DNA of 64,000 bases from the NCBI GenBank assembly GCA_043747615.1, contig JAYTOU010000023.1:64001-128000 (forward strand). Direction: 5' to 3'. This document shows, in pieces, positions 18,191-28,050 of the stretch. Position 1 is the stretch's first letter, and each line of letters starts with the position of its first letter. Under the pieces are notes generated by a model. That model did no database searches. It was given only the letters and a program-made list of their open reading frames with translations, and was not told the DNA's origin. The translations under genes and the position numbers were made by a program. Source of the DNA: Myxococcales bacterium (lineage in GTDB: Bacteria > Myxococcota_A > Polyangia > Polyangiales > Polyangiaceae).

Positions 18191-21117
18191 CGGAGGAGCC
18201 CTTCCGCGTAGCGCCGCACGGCGTCTTTGTGTCTGCCGCTCGAAGGCTGGCCGAGCCCATTGATGACCCGTCGACGAAAATCTTCAGGCCCTTTGTGAGC
18301 ATCGGCCTTGGGAATCTCCGCGTGATCGGAGGAAGGATCCCCCTCCCCTTCACTGCCGCGATCGCCGTCGTTGCTCGCTCCGAGCGCTTCCTTGGCCATC
18401 TCGAGAAGGCGCTGCGCTTCATGTTGTTTGTTGAGCGCTTTGTCGGCCTCTCCGCGCTTGAGCGCTCGCGCAGCGTCACGCGCCGCCCTCTCCGCCGCTT
18501 CGAGGGAATCGATCGCCGGCGCAGGAAGGGCCTGCTCCCTCCCCTTCTCTCCCAGTTTCTTTGCGCGATCGGCCATCTTATTTTCTTCGTCACCGCTCGT
18601 CGCGAGATCCGACCCAGCGCGTTCCGAAGCTTTTTTCCGCAGCCCCTCGAGCTGCTCTTCCGCCCACTTCACCTCGGGTTCCAGCTTCTTTCGTGCGTCG
18701 TCGATCCGCTTTTCTGCGTCGGTATCGCCCGACGGGGCGAAGCTCGAAAATCGCTCGCGCTGCGCCGTGCGCTTTGCTTCGTCGAGTGCCTGGAGCGCGT
18801 TGCGGCCGCTTGTGACCGCGTCTGCCGGATTTCCCTGCTCGAGAGAGTGCGCCATCTGATCGGCGTGCTCTCGGGCCGCGGCGCCCTTGCTCGTCCACGA
18901 ATCGCTGCCGGCACCTACGCTCGGGAGCGGGCGGGCGGCTTCGCGCACAGCGGCGGCGTGCTTTTTCGCTTCCTCGATGAGCGACTTGAGCTCCTCGTCG
19001 CTGGATTTTCCGCTGAGCGCGCGCTCGACATTTCCGACGCCGGCGGCGTGATCGTTCGCGAGCTGCTCGAGCTCCTGCGCGGCCTCGTTGAACGCTTGAT
19101 CGGCGTCGCCCTCGCCCTCCGCGCCGTCCCCCGGAGTGCCCCGTGCGCCGCCCGACTCTCCTCCGCCGCGCCCTGACTTTCCCTGCGATCCGAAGGAAGG
19201 ATCGGGCTGGTGAAGACGTGCGGCGAGATCGCGGGCGGCGAGCTCGGCGTGCCAAAGGTCATTCTCTTTTCGAGCTCGACTCACGCGCGAAAGATCGGAG
19301 CCGATGATCTCACCGAGATCGCGACCGAGGGATCCAAGATGCATCATGGCGCGCGAGCCGCCGTTCAAGACCAAGCTGGCCGCGTCCATCCGGGCGATAC
19401 CGCGCGCGGCTTCGAGCTTCGGATCGCGCTGGAGCTGCGACGCGCCCGCCGCGAGCTCGTCGGCGACCTCTGCGAGCTGGCGCGCGGATTCTTTGGCATC
19501 GTGAAATCCGAGGCCCCGCAGCATGGCGTCGATCACCAGCACCAGGCGCTCCGTCGTCTTGATGAGAAGAGCGTGCGTGCCGACGCTGGGAGCGCGCGCT
19601 TCCATGTCGACCGCTTCACGCACCTTGCGCATCTGGCCACGGAGCATCGCCTGGAGGCGCGGCGCCACCCGCACGCCCGCATAGGAGCCGGTGAGGGTCG
19701 CATCGAGAAGCTCGGCGTTCTCATCCGCTCCTCGAAGCTCGTCGGAGAGAAACGCCTTCCGACCCGCCGCGGTGCTCGGCACGCTGTGGGAGAGGCGCCA
19801 TCCCAGGGTGTCGACCAGGGCATCGCGGAGCTTGCGCAATCCGTCGATGCGGCGCGCTTCCGGCTCCCCGACGTCGGGCGGGACCACCGTGATGGCTGCG
19901 CTCGCGCCCCATTTCGGCCCCGTCACAGGATCGTTGTCCTTGGCCTCTACACGCACTTCCACCGGAGCGTGACTCTTCTTGAGAAATGGATCGGTCGCTC
20001 GAAGAACGTGCCCACCGCGGTCGAAACGCGTCTCGCCATCGAGCCGCGCCAGCACCCGCCGCTCTTCGCGGGTGCCCGAGCGTAGGACGAGATGAACCTC
20101 GCGCAGACCGTGGTCGTCGGTCACCTCGTAGCGAATCGGGATCTCGGTCACCTCTTCACCGCTCGCGAGGACGAGCTGTTTCGGTGCACCCTCGAGGGTC
20201 ACGTCCGGCGCGCGATCTTGAATCGAGATCACCGGCGTGAGCTGCGGCTCTTCGATCACGACATTTCCGAAGTTTGCGACGACCCGTAAATTAACGCTCT
20301 CAGCGAGCGGCCAGCGAGCGATCATTCCCCCCGCGCCGTCGTCGACGAAGGGTACTTCGCTCGCGCCGTCCGTGAGCGTGAGGCGGCGCCCGGTGTGGGT
20401 CGCCACGCCGCGAAAGGTGATGAGCGTGCCGCGAGGAAGGGACAGCTCGGCGAACGGGATCTCGCGCCACTCGTCTTCGTGCAGATATTCGGGCGGGCGC
20501 GCCCGCACTTCGAGATCGTCCAACCAGCGCATGGCAAGCGGGCCCACACGATGACGAGCGACGAGGACGTCCGCACCCTCGAAGAGCGCCCAAGGATTGG
20601 TCAGGCAGAGGACGAGCGCGGGTACGGCGAGGACGATGGCGGCGATCTTGAGGCGCGATCCGTAACGCCGCGCCGCGTCGACGATGCGATCGTAGGGAAG
20701 CGCGGCGATGGACCGCGCGACGTGGAGGCGGGCAAGCTCGCGCGAGGTGCCGTCGCGACGAAGAGTCTTGTTTTCCTTGCTGCGAGCATTGCCGCCGTCG
20801 TCGAGAAGGGTGAGCGCGCGGAGGGCGCGATCCGTTCGCTCCGGGTCTGCGCTCTGACCAACGCGACGCAGAACGCGCGCAGGCTCCGACCACACGCGGC
20901 GCTCGCGACGGGCGAGCAGGCCAAGTACCACGGCCGTGATCCCTAGCGCGAGGGCAGCGCCGAGACGCGCGCGGGCCGTTCCTTCACGCGCGACGAGGAG
21001 CGCGACGAGCACGACGAGCACCACGAATGCCGTCACCGCACGCTGCCGAGGCGTACGCACGGCGTCGAGCCACGCATCCGCGAGCGGACGAAGTGGCGCC
21101 GTGAGATCCTGTTTCAC
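18187..21117 (-). CDS. DUF4175-like membrane/coiled-coil protein
   Basis: N-terminal TM helices, PPEY, DDHGL, EAKDNDPVTGP, C-terminal VRRYAEGLLR. Confidence 0.78.
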   Translation of the reverse strand: MKQDLTAPLRPLADAWLDAVRTPRQRAVTAFVVLVVLVALLVAREGTARARLGAALALGITAVVLGLLARRERRVWSEPARVLRRVGQSADPERTDRALRALTLLDDGGNARSKENKTLRRDGTSRELARLHVARSIAALPYDRIVDAARRYGSRLKIAAIVLAVPALVLCLTNPWALFEGADVLVARHRVGPLAMRWLDDLEVRARPPEYLHEDEWREIPFAELSLPRGTLITFRGVATHTGRRLTLTDGASEVPFVDDGAGGMIARWPLAESVNLRVVANFGNVVIEEPQLTPVISIQDRAPDVTLEGAPKQLVLASGEEVTEIPIRYEVTDDHGLREVHLVLRSGTREERRVLARLDGETRFDRGGHVLRATDPFLKKSHAPVEVRVEAKDNDPVTGPKWGASAAITVVPPDVGEPEARRIDGLRKLRDALVDTLGWRLSHSVPSTAAGRKAFLSDELRGADENAELLDATLTGSYAGVRVAPRLQAMLRGQMRKVREAVDMEARAPSVGTHALLIKTTERLVLVIDAMLRGLGFHDAKESARQLAEVADELAAGASQLQRDPKLEAARGIARMDAASLVLNGGSRAMMHLGSLGRDLGEIIGSDLSRVSRARKENDLWHAELAARDLAARLHQPDPSFGSQGKSGRGGGESGGARGTPGDGAEGEGDADQAFNEAAQELEQLANDHAAGVGNVERALSGKSSDEELKSLIEEAKKHAAAVREAARPLPSVGAGSDSWTSKGAAAREHADQMAHSLEQGNPADAVTSGRNALQALDEAKRTAQRERFSSFAPSGDTDAEKRIDDARKKLEPEVKWAEEQLEGLRKKASERAGSDLATSGDEENKMADRAKKLGEKGREQALPAPAIDSLEAAERAARDAARALKRGEADKALNKQHEAQRLLEMAKEALGASNDGDRGSEGEGDPSSDHAEIPKADAHKGPEDFRRRVINGLGQPSSGRHKDAVRRYAEGLLR

Positions 21118-21169
21118 GCTTGGAATCTAGCACTCCTGCGACCGAGACCACCCGTAGAGTTCGACGCCT

Positions 21170-22741
21170 TTAGGAAGAGGCGGGAGGGCTCGGTGCAGGC
21201 GGGGGGGGCTGCGGAAAAGGAAAGCCACTCGGGATGGTGAAGCCCGGAGGCACGCTCATCGAAGGCAAGGGGAATGGGAACGTGCTCGGGAACGTCGAAG
21301 GAAACGGAGGGATCTGTCCGTTCGGGGGAGTCTCGCTCGCGGTCGGGCGCGCCGAGCTGCTTGCGCTCGTGGACGTGCGCGGCGGAGGCGACGGCCGCAC
21401 GGCGGGGGTCGTCGTTCCAACGAGCGGCGTGAGGGGAGCCACCGGATCGTTCGTGGGAGCGGTCGGTGTGGGAGCGGTCGGCGTCGCCGTCGCGGGCGTG
21501 ATCTGCGTCGCCGTCGGCAGGGTCGGGGTCGGGCTCTCCTTCATGTTGTTGACGACAAGGGCAACGACCACGCCGACGCCCAAGAGAAGCGGCAGCGCGA
21601 TCAACATCCACATGGACGACCGCTTCTTTCGCTTCGGCCTACGCGCGTCCGGATCGTTGTGATGAGAACCGTGCTCGGGCACCCATGCTCGACCGGCCTG
21701 CGCGTTCATCCCTGGCGGCGCGGTTCGCACTTCTTCAGAGCGGGCCTGGGTCTTCGCTGAGCCCAACGCGCCGGGAGGCTGCGCTGGCTGCATGAACGCG
21801 CCTTCCGCAGGCGCTCCAAGCACGGTGGAGGCACTGAGTTGCGGCGGACGCGCCTGTGCTTCGAGCGGACTCGTCGCCTGCCGCTTCTCGACGCTGAGCG
21901 ATACGTTGTCGAGCGCGAGGCGCATCTCCGCAGCACTCCCGAAGCGGAGCTCGGCGCGCGCAGCCATCGCGCGATGGACGAGACCGGCAAGCTCGCGCGG
22001 CACCTCGGGGGCGGCATGCACGAGCGGTCGAACATCTCCCCGCTCGATCTTCACGGCGATGAGACGCGCGTCTTCCCCGCTCACCGGACGCACACCCGAG
22101 ATCATCTCGTAGAGCATCACCCCGACGGCGTAGATGTCGGAGCGAGCGTCGACTTTATCGGCAGAATACGCCTGTTCGGGCGCCATGTATTCGGCCGTTC
22201 CCATCATCACGCCGGCCACCGTGAGCGAGCGCGCTTGGGGGTCGCTGCTCCGGAGCTTGGCGATCCCGAAGTCGATCAACTTGATGACCGGCTTGTTTCC
22301 CACGAAGGTCACGAACACATTTTCGGGCTTGAGATCGCGGTGCACGACACCGAGCGCGTGCGCCGCCTCGAGCGCTTCGAGCACCTGCGTCGTGTAATCG
22401 ATCGCCGTAGCGATCGGGATCTTCCGGTCGCGCTCGAGGACGCTGGAGAGCGGCTCCCCCTCGAGCAGATCCATCACGATGTAGGCCACGCCTTCCGGAG
22501 TGCGATCGACGTCGGTCACGTGCACCACGTTCGCGCTGCGGATCTGCGCCGCAACGCGCGCCTCCTGGAGAAAGCGCTCGATGAGCCCGGGCCGCCGCGC
22601 GAGATCCGCATGGAGCACCTTGATGGCTACCTTCGTCCCGAGGATCTCGTGTTGGGCTTCGTAGACGGAGCCCATGCCGCCATCGCCGAGGAGGCGAAGG
22701 AGCCGGTATTTCCCGCTTACGACCTGGCCAATCTGAATCAC
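21170..22741 (-). CDS. Membrane Ser/Thr protein kinase (Hanks type)
   Basis: LGDGGMGSVY, VAIK, HRDLKPEN, DFG, GTAEYMAPE; TM helix and Pro/Thr-rich tail. Confidence 0.95.
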   Translation of the reverse strand: MIQIGQVVSGKYRLLRLLGDGGMGSVYEAQHEILGTKVAIKVLHADLARRPGLIERFLQEARVAAQIRSANVVHVTDVDRTPEGVAYIVMDLLEGEPLSSVLERDRKIPIATAIDYTTQVLEALEAAHALGVVHRDLKPENVFVTFVGNKPVIKLIDFGIAKLRSSDPQARSLTVAGVMMGTAEYMAPEQAYSADKVDARSDIYAVGVMLYEMISGVRPVSGEDARLIAVKIERGDVRPLVHAAPEVPRELAGLVHRAMAARAELRFGSAAEMRLALDNVSLSVEKRQATSPLEAQARPPQLSASTVLGAPAEGAFMQPAQPPGALGSAKTQARSEEVRTAPPGMNAQAGRAWVPEHGSHHNDPDARRPKRKKRSSMWMLIALPLLLGVGVVVALVVNNMKESPTPTLPTATQITPATATPTAPTPTAPTNDPVAPLTPLVGTTTPAVRPSPPPRTSTSASSSARPTASETPPNGQIPPFPSTFPSTFPFPLPSMSVPPGFTIPSGFPFPQPPPPAPSPPASS

Positions 22742-22812
22742 GTCCGTTCAGTTCTACCACGGTGGGGGGGTTGCCCCTTGCAGAACCGAGGCTCTTGAGG
22801 GCAAAAAGGGGC

Positions 22813-23814
22813 ATGATCACCCGCTCCACGATTCTCGGCGTCGGTCACTACGTCCCCACCAAGGTCGTCACCAACGACGATCTCGCCAAGATGATGAACA
22901 CCTCGAACGAGTGGATCGTGCAGCGCACCGGCATTCGCGAGCGGCGGTACATCGAGCACAGCGGAGTTGGCGCGAGCGACCTCGCGGTTCCGGCTGCAAA
23001 AATGGCGCTCGAGCATGCGGGCAAGACCACGAAGGACATCGACGCGATCATTTTTGCAACCCTCTCGCCCGATCATTGCTTCCCCGGATCAGGCTGTTTT
23101 CTCGGGCACAAGCTCGACATGCCCGGCGTCCCTGCGCTCGACGTTCGAAACCAGTGCTCTGGATTTCTCTACGGCCTCTCCATCGCCGACGCGTGGGTTC
23201 GCGCGGGCGTCTACAAGAACGTCCTTCTCGTGGGCGCAGAGGTTCACTCTACCGGAATCGAGTTTGCCGATCGCGGACGTGACGTGACGGTGCTCTTCGG
23301 AGACGGCGCGGGGGCCGCGGTAATCGGTGCTGCGACCGAGCCCAACCAGGGGATCAAAGCGCTTCGCATCCACGCCGACGGCTCAGGTGCGAAGGAGCTG
23401 TGGGTGGAGGCGCCCGCGAGCGGAGAAATTCCGCGCATCACGAAGGAGATGATCGACGAGGGAAAGCAATTTCCGGCGATGCAGGGGAAACAAGTCTTTC
23501 GCTGGGCCACCGAGAAAATGCCGGAGGTCGCGCGCGACGTGATGAAAGAAGCGAACGTCACCGCCGACGAGATCGATCTCTTCGTCCCGCATCAGGCCAA
23601 CCTGCGCATCAATCAGTTCGTGGGGCAGAAGCTCGGAATCCCCGAATCGAAGACCGTGAAGAACATCGAGGTCTACGGAAACACCACGGCGGCGACCATT
23701 CCCATCGGTTTGAGCGAGTCGTGGCGCGAAGGCAAATGCCGACGAGGCTCGAACATCCTCATTGCCGCCTTCGGCAGCGGCTACACGTGGGGCGGCTGCG
23801 TGATTACGCTCTAG
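22813..23814 (+). CDS. fabH: Beta-ketoacyl-ACP synthase III family
   Basis: WIVQRTGI, QCSGF, FGDGAGA, PHQAN, GNT (Cys-His-Asn triad). Confidence 0.92.
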   Translation: MITRSTILGVGHYVPTKVVTNDDLAKMMNTSNEWIVQRTGIRERRYIEHSGVGASDLAVPAAKMALEHAGKTTKDIDAIIFATLSPDHCFPGSGCFLGHKLDMPGVPALDVRNQCSGFLYGLSIADAWVRAGVYKNVLLVGAEVHSTGIEFADRGRDVTVLFGDGAGAAVIGAATEPNQGIKALRIHADGSGAKELWVEAPASGEIPRITKEMIDEGKQFPAMQGKQVFRWATEKMPEVARDVMKEANVTADEIDLFVPHQANLRINQFVGQKLGIPESKTVKNIEVYGNTTAATIPIGLSESWREGKCRRGSNILIAAFGSGYTWGGCVITL

Positions 23815-23823
23815 ATGTGCTAA

Positions 23824-25329
23824 TTGGTGACGATGGAACGTCCCAAGCCCGCGCGTGATCTCGACTGGGCTCCCGCGCGCGCACGTGAGCTCGGTGATCG
23901 CGTGGTCATGCTGTGGCAGGAGCTTCTCGAGAAGTTGCCGGCGCTACCTGTCCGCCACACCAAGGGAGAAGCTGCGGTTCGCGAAGCAGTAACTTTTCCG
24001 ATTCCGGACGAGCCGCTCTCGCTCGACGCGCTCCTCGCGCACATGCGATCGGTCGCCCTCGAGCATTCGACGCTGACCGGTCACCCGCGCTTCATGGCGT
24101 ACATAACGGGAGCGGGCACGGTGCCTGGTGCTGCGGCTGATCTGCTCGCGGCGGCGCTCAACCAGAACGTGGGCGGCTGGATGCTGAGCCCCGCGGCGAC
24201 GAGCATCGAGCTTCACCTGACCCAGTGGTTCGCCGAGCAGCTCGGTCTACCGAAGGGCGCCTTCGGACTGCTCGTGTCGGGCGGGGCGATGGCGAACTTC
24301 GTGGCGCTCAAGGCTGCACGAGACGCGCGGATCGGACTCGACGTGCGGAAGGAGGGTCTTCGCGGTCGCACCATCGCCCTCTACGCCTCGACAGAGGCGC
24401 ATGCAGTGATCGACCGCGCGGCAGACATGCTCGGTCTCGGTACGAATGCGGTACGCAAGATCCCGGTCGATCATGCGGGTCGCATGCGGGTCGATCTCCT
24501 CGAAGCGGAGATCGCCAAGGACGTCGCGGCCGGGGTCGAGCCAGGCATCGTCGTCGGCACGGCGGGCACCGTGGCCACGGGGGCGATCGATCCCCTCAGC
24601 GAGCTTGCGGAGCTCTGCTCCCGGCACCACCTGTGGTTCCACGTCGATGGCGCTTACGGTGCGCTCGCCGCCCTCACCGACGAGCTGAGGCCTTTATTTC
24701 GTGGTCTCGAACGCGCAGACACCATCGCCTTCGATCCTCACAAGTGGATGTACACGCCGCACTCGGGTGGCTGCGTCATCGCTCGGGAGCCGCAGCGCCT
24801 CGCCGACGCATTCGCGCTCAAGCCGACCTACATTCAGCAGGACAAGACCCGCACCGGCGCGGGGATCGACTTCAGCATGATGGGACCGCAGTTCAGCCGC
24901 GGCTTCCAAGCCTTCAAGATCTGGATCTCACTCCTCGCTCACGGCAAGCGGGCGTACACGAAGCGCATCGCCCACGACGTCGCGCTGGCGAGGTACATGG
25001 CCAGCCGGGCCGAAGCCCACCCGAACCTCGAAGTGATGGCCCCGGTCACGCTCTCGATCTGCTGCTTCCGTTACGTTCCCGAAGGGCTTCCTCCGGGGAG
25101 CGACGCCTACCTCGACGCGCTCAACGAACGGCTCATGAACGAGATTCAGATGGATGGACGCGCCTTTTGCTCGAACGCTATTTTGAACGGACGCTTCGTC
25201 TTGCGGGCGTGCATCGTGAATTTCCGGACCGAGGCCGCAGACGTCGACGCGATGCTCGACGTCGCGGTCGAGCTCGGTACGCGTTTACACCTAAGCGGCG
25301 CGGGGGAGCGGCTCGAACGCGGGATGTAA
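23824..25329 (+). CDS. Group II PLP-dependent amino acid decarboxylase
   Basis: HPRFMAY, GTVATGAIDP, HVDGAYG, DPHKW (PLP Lys). Confidence 0.93.
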   Translation: MVTMERPKPARDLDWAPARARELGDRVVMLWQELLEKLPALPVRHTKGEAAVREAVTFPIPDEPLSLDALLAHMRSVALEHSTLTGHPRFMAYITGAGTVPGAAADLLAAALNQNVGGWMLSPAATSIELHLTQWFAEQLGLPKGAFGLLVSGGAMANFVALKAARDARIGLDVRKEGLRGRTIALYASTEAHAVIDRAADMLGLGTNAVRKIPVDHAGRMRVDLLEAEIAKDVAAGVEPGIVVGTAGTVATGAIDPLSELAELCSRHHLWFHVDGAYGALAALTDELRPLFRGLERADTIAFDPHKWMYTPHSGGCVIAREPQRLADAFALKPTYIQQDKTRTGAGIDFSMMGPQFSRGFQAFKIWISLLAHGKRAYTKRIAHDVALARYMASRAEAHPNLEVMAPVTLSICCFRYVPEGLPPGSDAYLDALNERLMNEIQMDGRAFCSNAILNGRFVLRACIVNFRTEAADVDAMLDVAVELGTRLHLSGAGERLERGM

Positions 25330-26391
25330 GAGCGCCCCGACGGTCTCTGCATCTTCGATCGCGGCGAACACGGGAACGAGCGTGTCGACGCTCTTTTCGC
25401 CGAACGCACCGCTCGACGCGAAGGCACGCGCTTGCGGTCCATCGAGGACGATGAATACGTCGTGGAGGCCATGCGACGGCGCGGAAATCACGTAGGCGAT
25501 GCGCGAGCGATCGAGGTGAAGCTCTTCGTTTGCTCGGGCAATGAGGACGCGCTGATCGGTCACGAAGTACCGCGTAGCCCGGGCAAGGCGAACGGGCCTC
25601 ACGCATGCGGCGTACGCAACGCCGACCGCGACCGCGATGAGCAGGAGCGCGGTGAGCGCGACCCCAGCGACGAAGATCGCGAGGCTCGTCGCGGGCAGGG
25701 CATGTAGCCGAAAAACGCGGCCGAGCGACGGGATGGCATGGGCCACCATGCGGGCCGCTGAGATGGACAGTACGAGGGCGATGAGCCCAGTGAGAACCCT
25801 TCGGATCGTCCACGGCGAAGCGAGCGGCGTCGCGCTCCAGAGAACGCGCTCGCCTGGATCGAGCCTCTGGGTGAGCGGACGCGCACCATCGCCGAGCGGA
25901 GCGGACGGGGTTAGCCCGCGAACGATCGCCCACAAGCGATCGGGGCCCGCGACGCCAGCGAGTGTGAGCTTCAGTGTTCGACGAAGAGCGCCGGTGGGCA
26001 CGGCGCGAACGAGCACGAGATCCCCCGCGCCAGAGACCTGCGAATCCCAGCGAATCAGGGCGTAGCTGATCTCCGAACGATCGATCGTCCGCCGGATGCG
26101 CCCGCGCCGACAGATGACGTGCTTGTCGGTGATGATGTACTCGAGCCCGCTCCGCCAGAGTGCGGGCCCACGCCAAGCGGCGAGAGCGAGCGTCGCGCAC
26201 CACGCGGAGAAAATGATCATACCGCCCACTTGGGCGTGAAACGCAGTGCCCACGACGAGCGCAAAAGAGAGCGCGACGACGGACACCACGGCCGAAGCTA
26301 TCGCCGCTAGTTTGTAGGCGCGCGGAGTGGCCACAACGCGCGGGCGGCCAGACCAAAGAATCGTCTCTCCATAAAGCGAATCACGAGCCAT
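25291..26391 (-). CDS. Membrane protein with two bacterial PH (bPH_2-like) units
   Basis: Duplicated GETILWSGRP / GERVLWSATP + two TM + EYIITDKHV / RYFVTDQRV. Confidence 0.72.
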   Translation of the reverse strand: MARDSLYGETILWSGRPRVVATPRAYKLAAIASAVVSVVALSFALVVGTAFHAQVGGMIIFSAWCATLALAAWRGPALWRSGLEYIITDKHVICRRGRIRRTIDRSEISYALIRWDSQVSGAGDLVLVRAVPTGALRRTLKLTLAGVAGPDRLWAIVRGLTPSAPLGDGARPLTQRLDPGERVLWSATPLASPWTIRRVLTGLIALVLSISAARMVAHAIPSLGRVFRLHALPATSLAIFVAGVALTALLLIAVAVGVAYAACVRPVRLARATRYFVTDQRVLIARANEELHLDRSRIAYVISAPSHGLHDVFIVLDGPQARAFASSGAFGEKSVDTLVPVFAAIEDAETVGALLHPAFEPLPRAA

Positions 26392-26479
26392 CCCGCGGGC
26401 AACCTCTCTCTTTAGGCTGAGCCTGAGGATCGACTCTGTCCAGAGAGACAGACGTAGCTGAGCACGGAAATATTGGGTC

Positions 26480-27493
26480 CTAGGTAGGCAAAGGTCTGGC
26501 CGTGTTGCGCGCCGTGGCCCCCCGGCGAACGGCGTGCTGGACCAGCGCATCACAAAGGTTGGGAAATGAAAGGCCCGCGTACGCAGCGGCCTCGGGGTAG
26601 AGGCTGGTGGCGGTGAAACCTGGCATCGTGTTGACCTCGAGAATGGACACGGCCGCGGGGTCACCGTCGTCACCGACGATCATGTCCACGCGGGAAAGAT
26701 CGCGACAGCCGAGGGCGATGTGGGCATCGATAGCGCGCGAGGCGAGCGACCATCCGAACTTTTCTGGATATGTGGATTCCGGAAATTTCGGGTCCACCGT
26801 GTGGATGCTACGCCCCGCTGCGTAGCGCGCCTCATACGTGTAGAATGCATCTTTGGCGGCGTGGATCTCGGTGAGCACGGCAGTGGGGCCCGACTCCAAA
26901 AAATCGAACACGCTGCAGGTCATCTCTCGACCACGCGCAAAGTGCTCGACCATGGCGACGGCGTCGATCTTCCACACGGCTTCGATGGCCTGCGTCACGC
27001 TCTCGAGGCTCGCCGCTTCGTCGAAACGCGCGACGCCAATGGCCGACCCGTTCGAGCACGGCTTCACCACCAGTCGAGAGCTCACTTCCTTGCGAGCGCG
27101 TTCGGCCGCTGCGCGCGCATCGGCGTTCGTCCCGCGCGTGACGGCGATCCCCTTGGCGACCGGGAGCCCGGCGAGCTGCAAGAGCTTGCGGGCGAGCGCT
27201 TTATTCATGGCGACGGCGCTCGCGAGCACGTTCGACCCCACGTACGGCATGTCATGGACCTCGAGCAGACCCTGGAGCGATCCGTCCTCGCCCACCGCGC
27301 CGTGCACCACCGGGAAGACCACGTCGAACCCGCCGGTGCGGAGCGTCTCCGAGAGCCAGGCATTCAGCTCGATGCGCACGGCGACGTGGCCCGCATCGGT
27401 GAGCGCCTTCGCCACCCCCAACGCCGACGAGCGACTCACCTCCGCCTCCGACGACGGACCTCCCTGAATGACGGCGACGCAGAGGCGCGACAT
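26480..27493 (-). CDS. ddl: D-alanine--D-alanine ligase
   Basis: GGPSSEAEVS, HGAVGEDG, FYTYEARY, EVNTMPGFT; TGATG overlap with upstream gene. Confidence 0.93.
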   Translation of the reverse strand: MSRLCVAVIQGGPSSEAEVSRSSALGVAKALTDAGHVAVRIELNAWLSETLRTGGFDVVFPVVHGAVGEDGSLQGLLEVHDMPYVGSNVLASAVAMNKALARKLLQLAGLPVAKGIAVTRGTNADARAAAERARKEVSSRLVVKPCSNGSAIGVARFDEAASLESVTQAIEAVWKIDAVAMVEHFARGREMTCSVFDFLESGPTAVLTEIHAAKDAFYTYEARYAAGRSIHTVDPKFPESTYPEKFGWSLASRAIDAHIALGCRDLSRVDMIVGDDGDPAAVSILEVNTMPGFTATSLYPEAAAYAGLSFPNLCDALVQHAVRRGATARNTARPLPT

Positions 27494-27933
27494 CACGCTG
27501 CGGGGGACTTCGACAGATCGATGAGCTCGATTCCGAGCGTCTTTGACATCTCGAACACCTTGGCGTCTCGGTAAAATTCGCCGAAGACGATGCGCACGAT
27601 TCCGGCGTTCGCGATCAGGCGAAAGCAACTCCAGCAGGGCGATGCCGTGACGTAGACCCCAGAAGCGTCGATTCGATTGCCGTTCCTCGCGGCCTGGACG
27701 ATCGCGTTGGCCTCGGCGTGGACGGTGCGAACGCAATGCCCGTCTTCCATCAGATGGCCCACGTCGTCGCAGTGAGGAAGTCCCTTGATCGAGCCATTGT
27801 AACCGGTGGCGAGGATGCACTTGTCGCGGACGATCACCGCGCCGACGTGCTTGCGTTCACACGTGGAACGGGTCGCCACCTCCTTCGCGATGTTCATGAA
27901 GTACTCGTCCCAGGAGACGCGATGAACGGACAT
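27493..27933 (-). CDS. dCMP deaminase (ComEB-like)
   Basis: WDEYFM, RSTC, TGYNG, HAEANA, PCWSC zinc motifs. Confidence 0.92.
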   Translation of the reverse strand: MSVHRVSWDEYFMNIAKEVATRSTCERKHVGAVIVRDKCILATGYNGSIKGLPHCDDVGHLMEDGHCVRTVHAEANAIVQAARNGNRIDASGVYVTASPCWSCFRLIANAGIVRIVFGEFYRDAKVFEMSKTLGIELIDLSKSPAA

Positions 27934-28050
27934 GAAATGCAAATTACACCAAGGCGACGCGCGGGAGACCGCGTCTGCACATTAAAATCATCACGCGACC
28001 GGGTTTCGATTGTTCGACACCTACTCGGGCCGGATCGCTATGCTTCGGCC

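Noticed and set aside
26480..27493. Vancomycin-resistance type D-Ala-D-Lac ligase
   Set aside because: Omega loop has Tyr (YTYEARY) and there are no vanH/vanX neighbours
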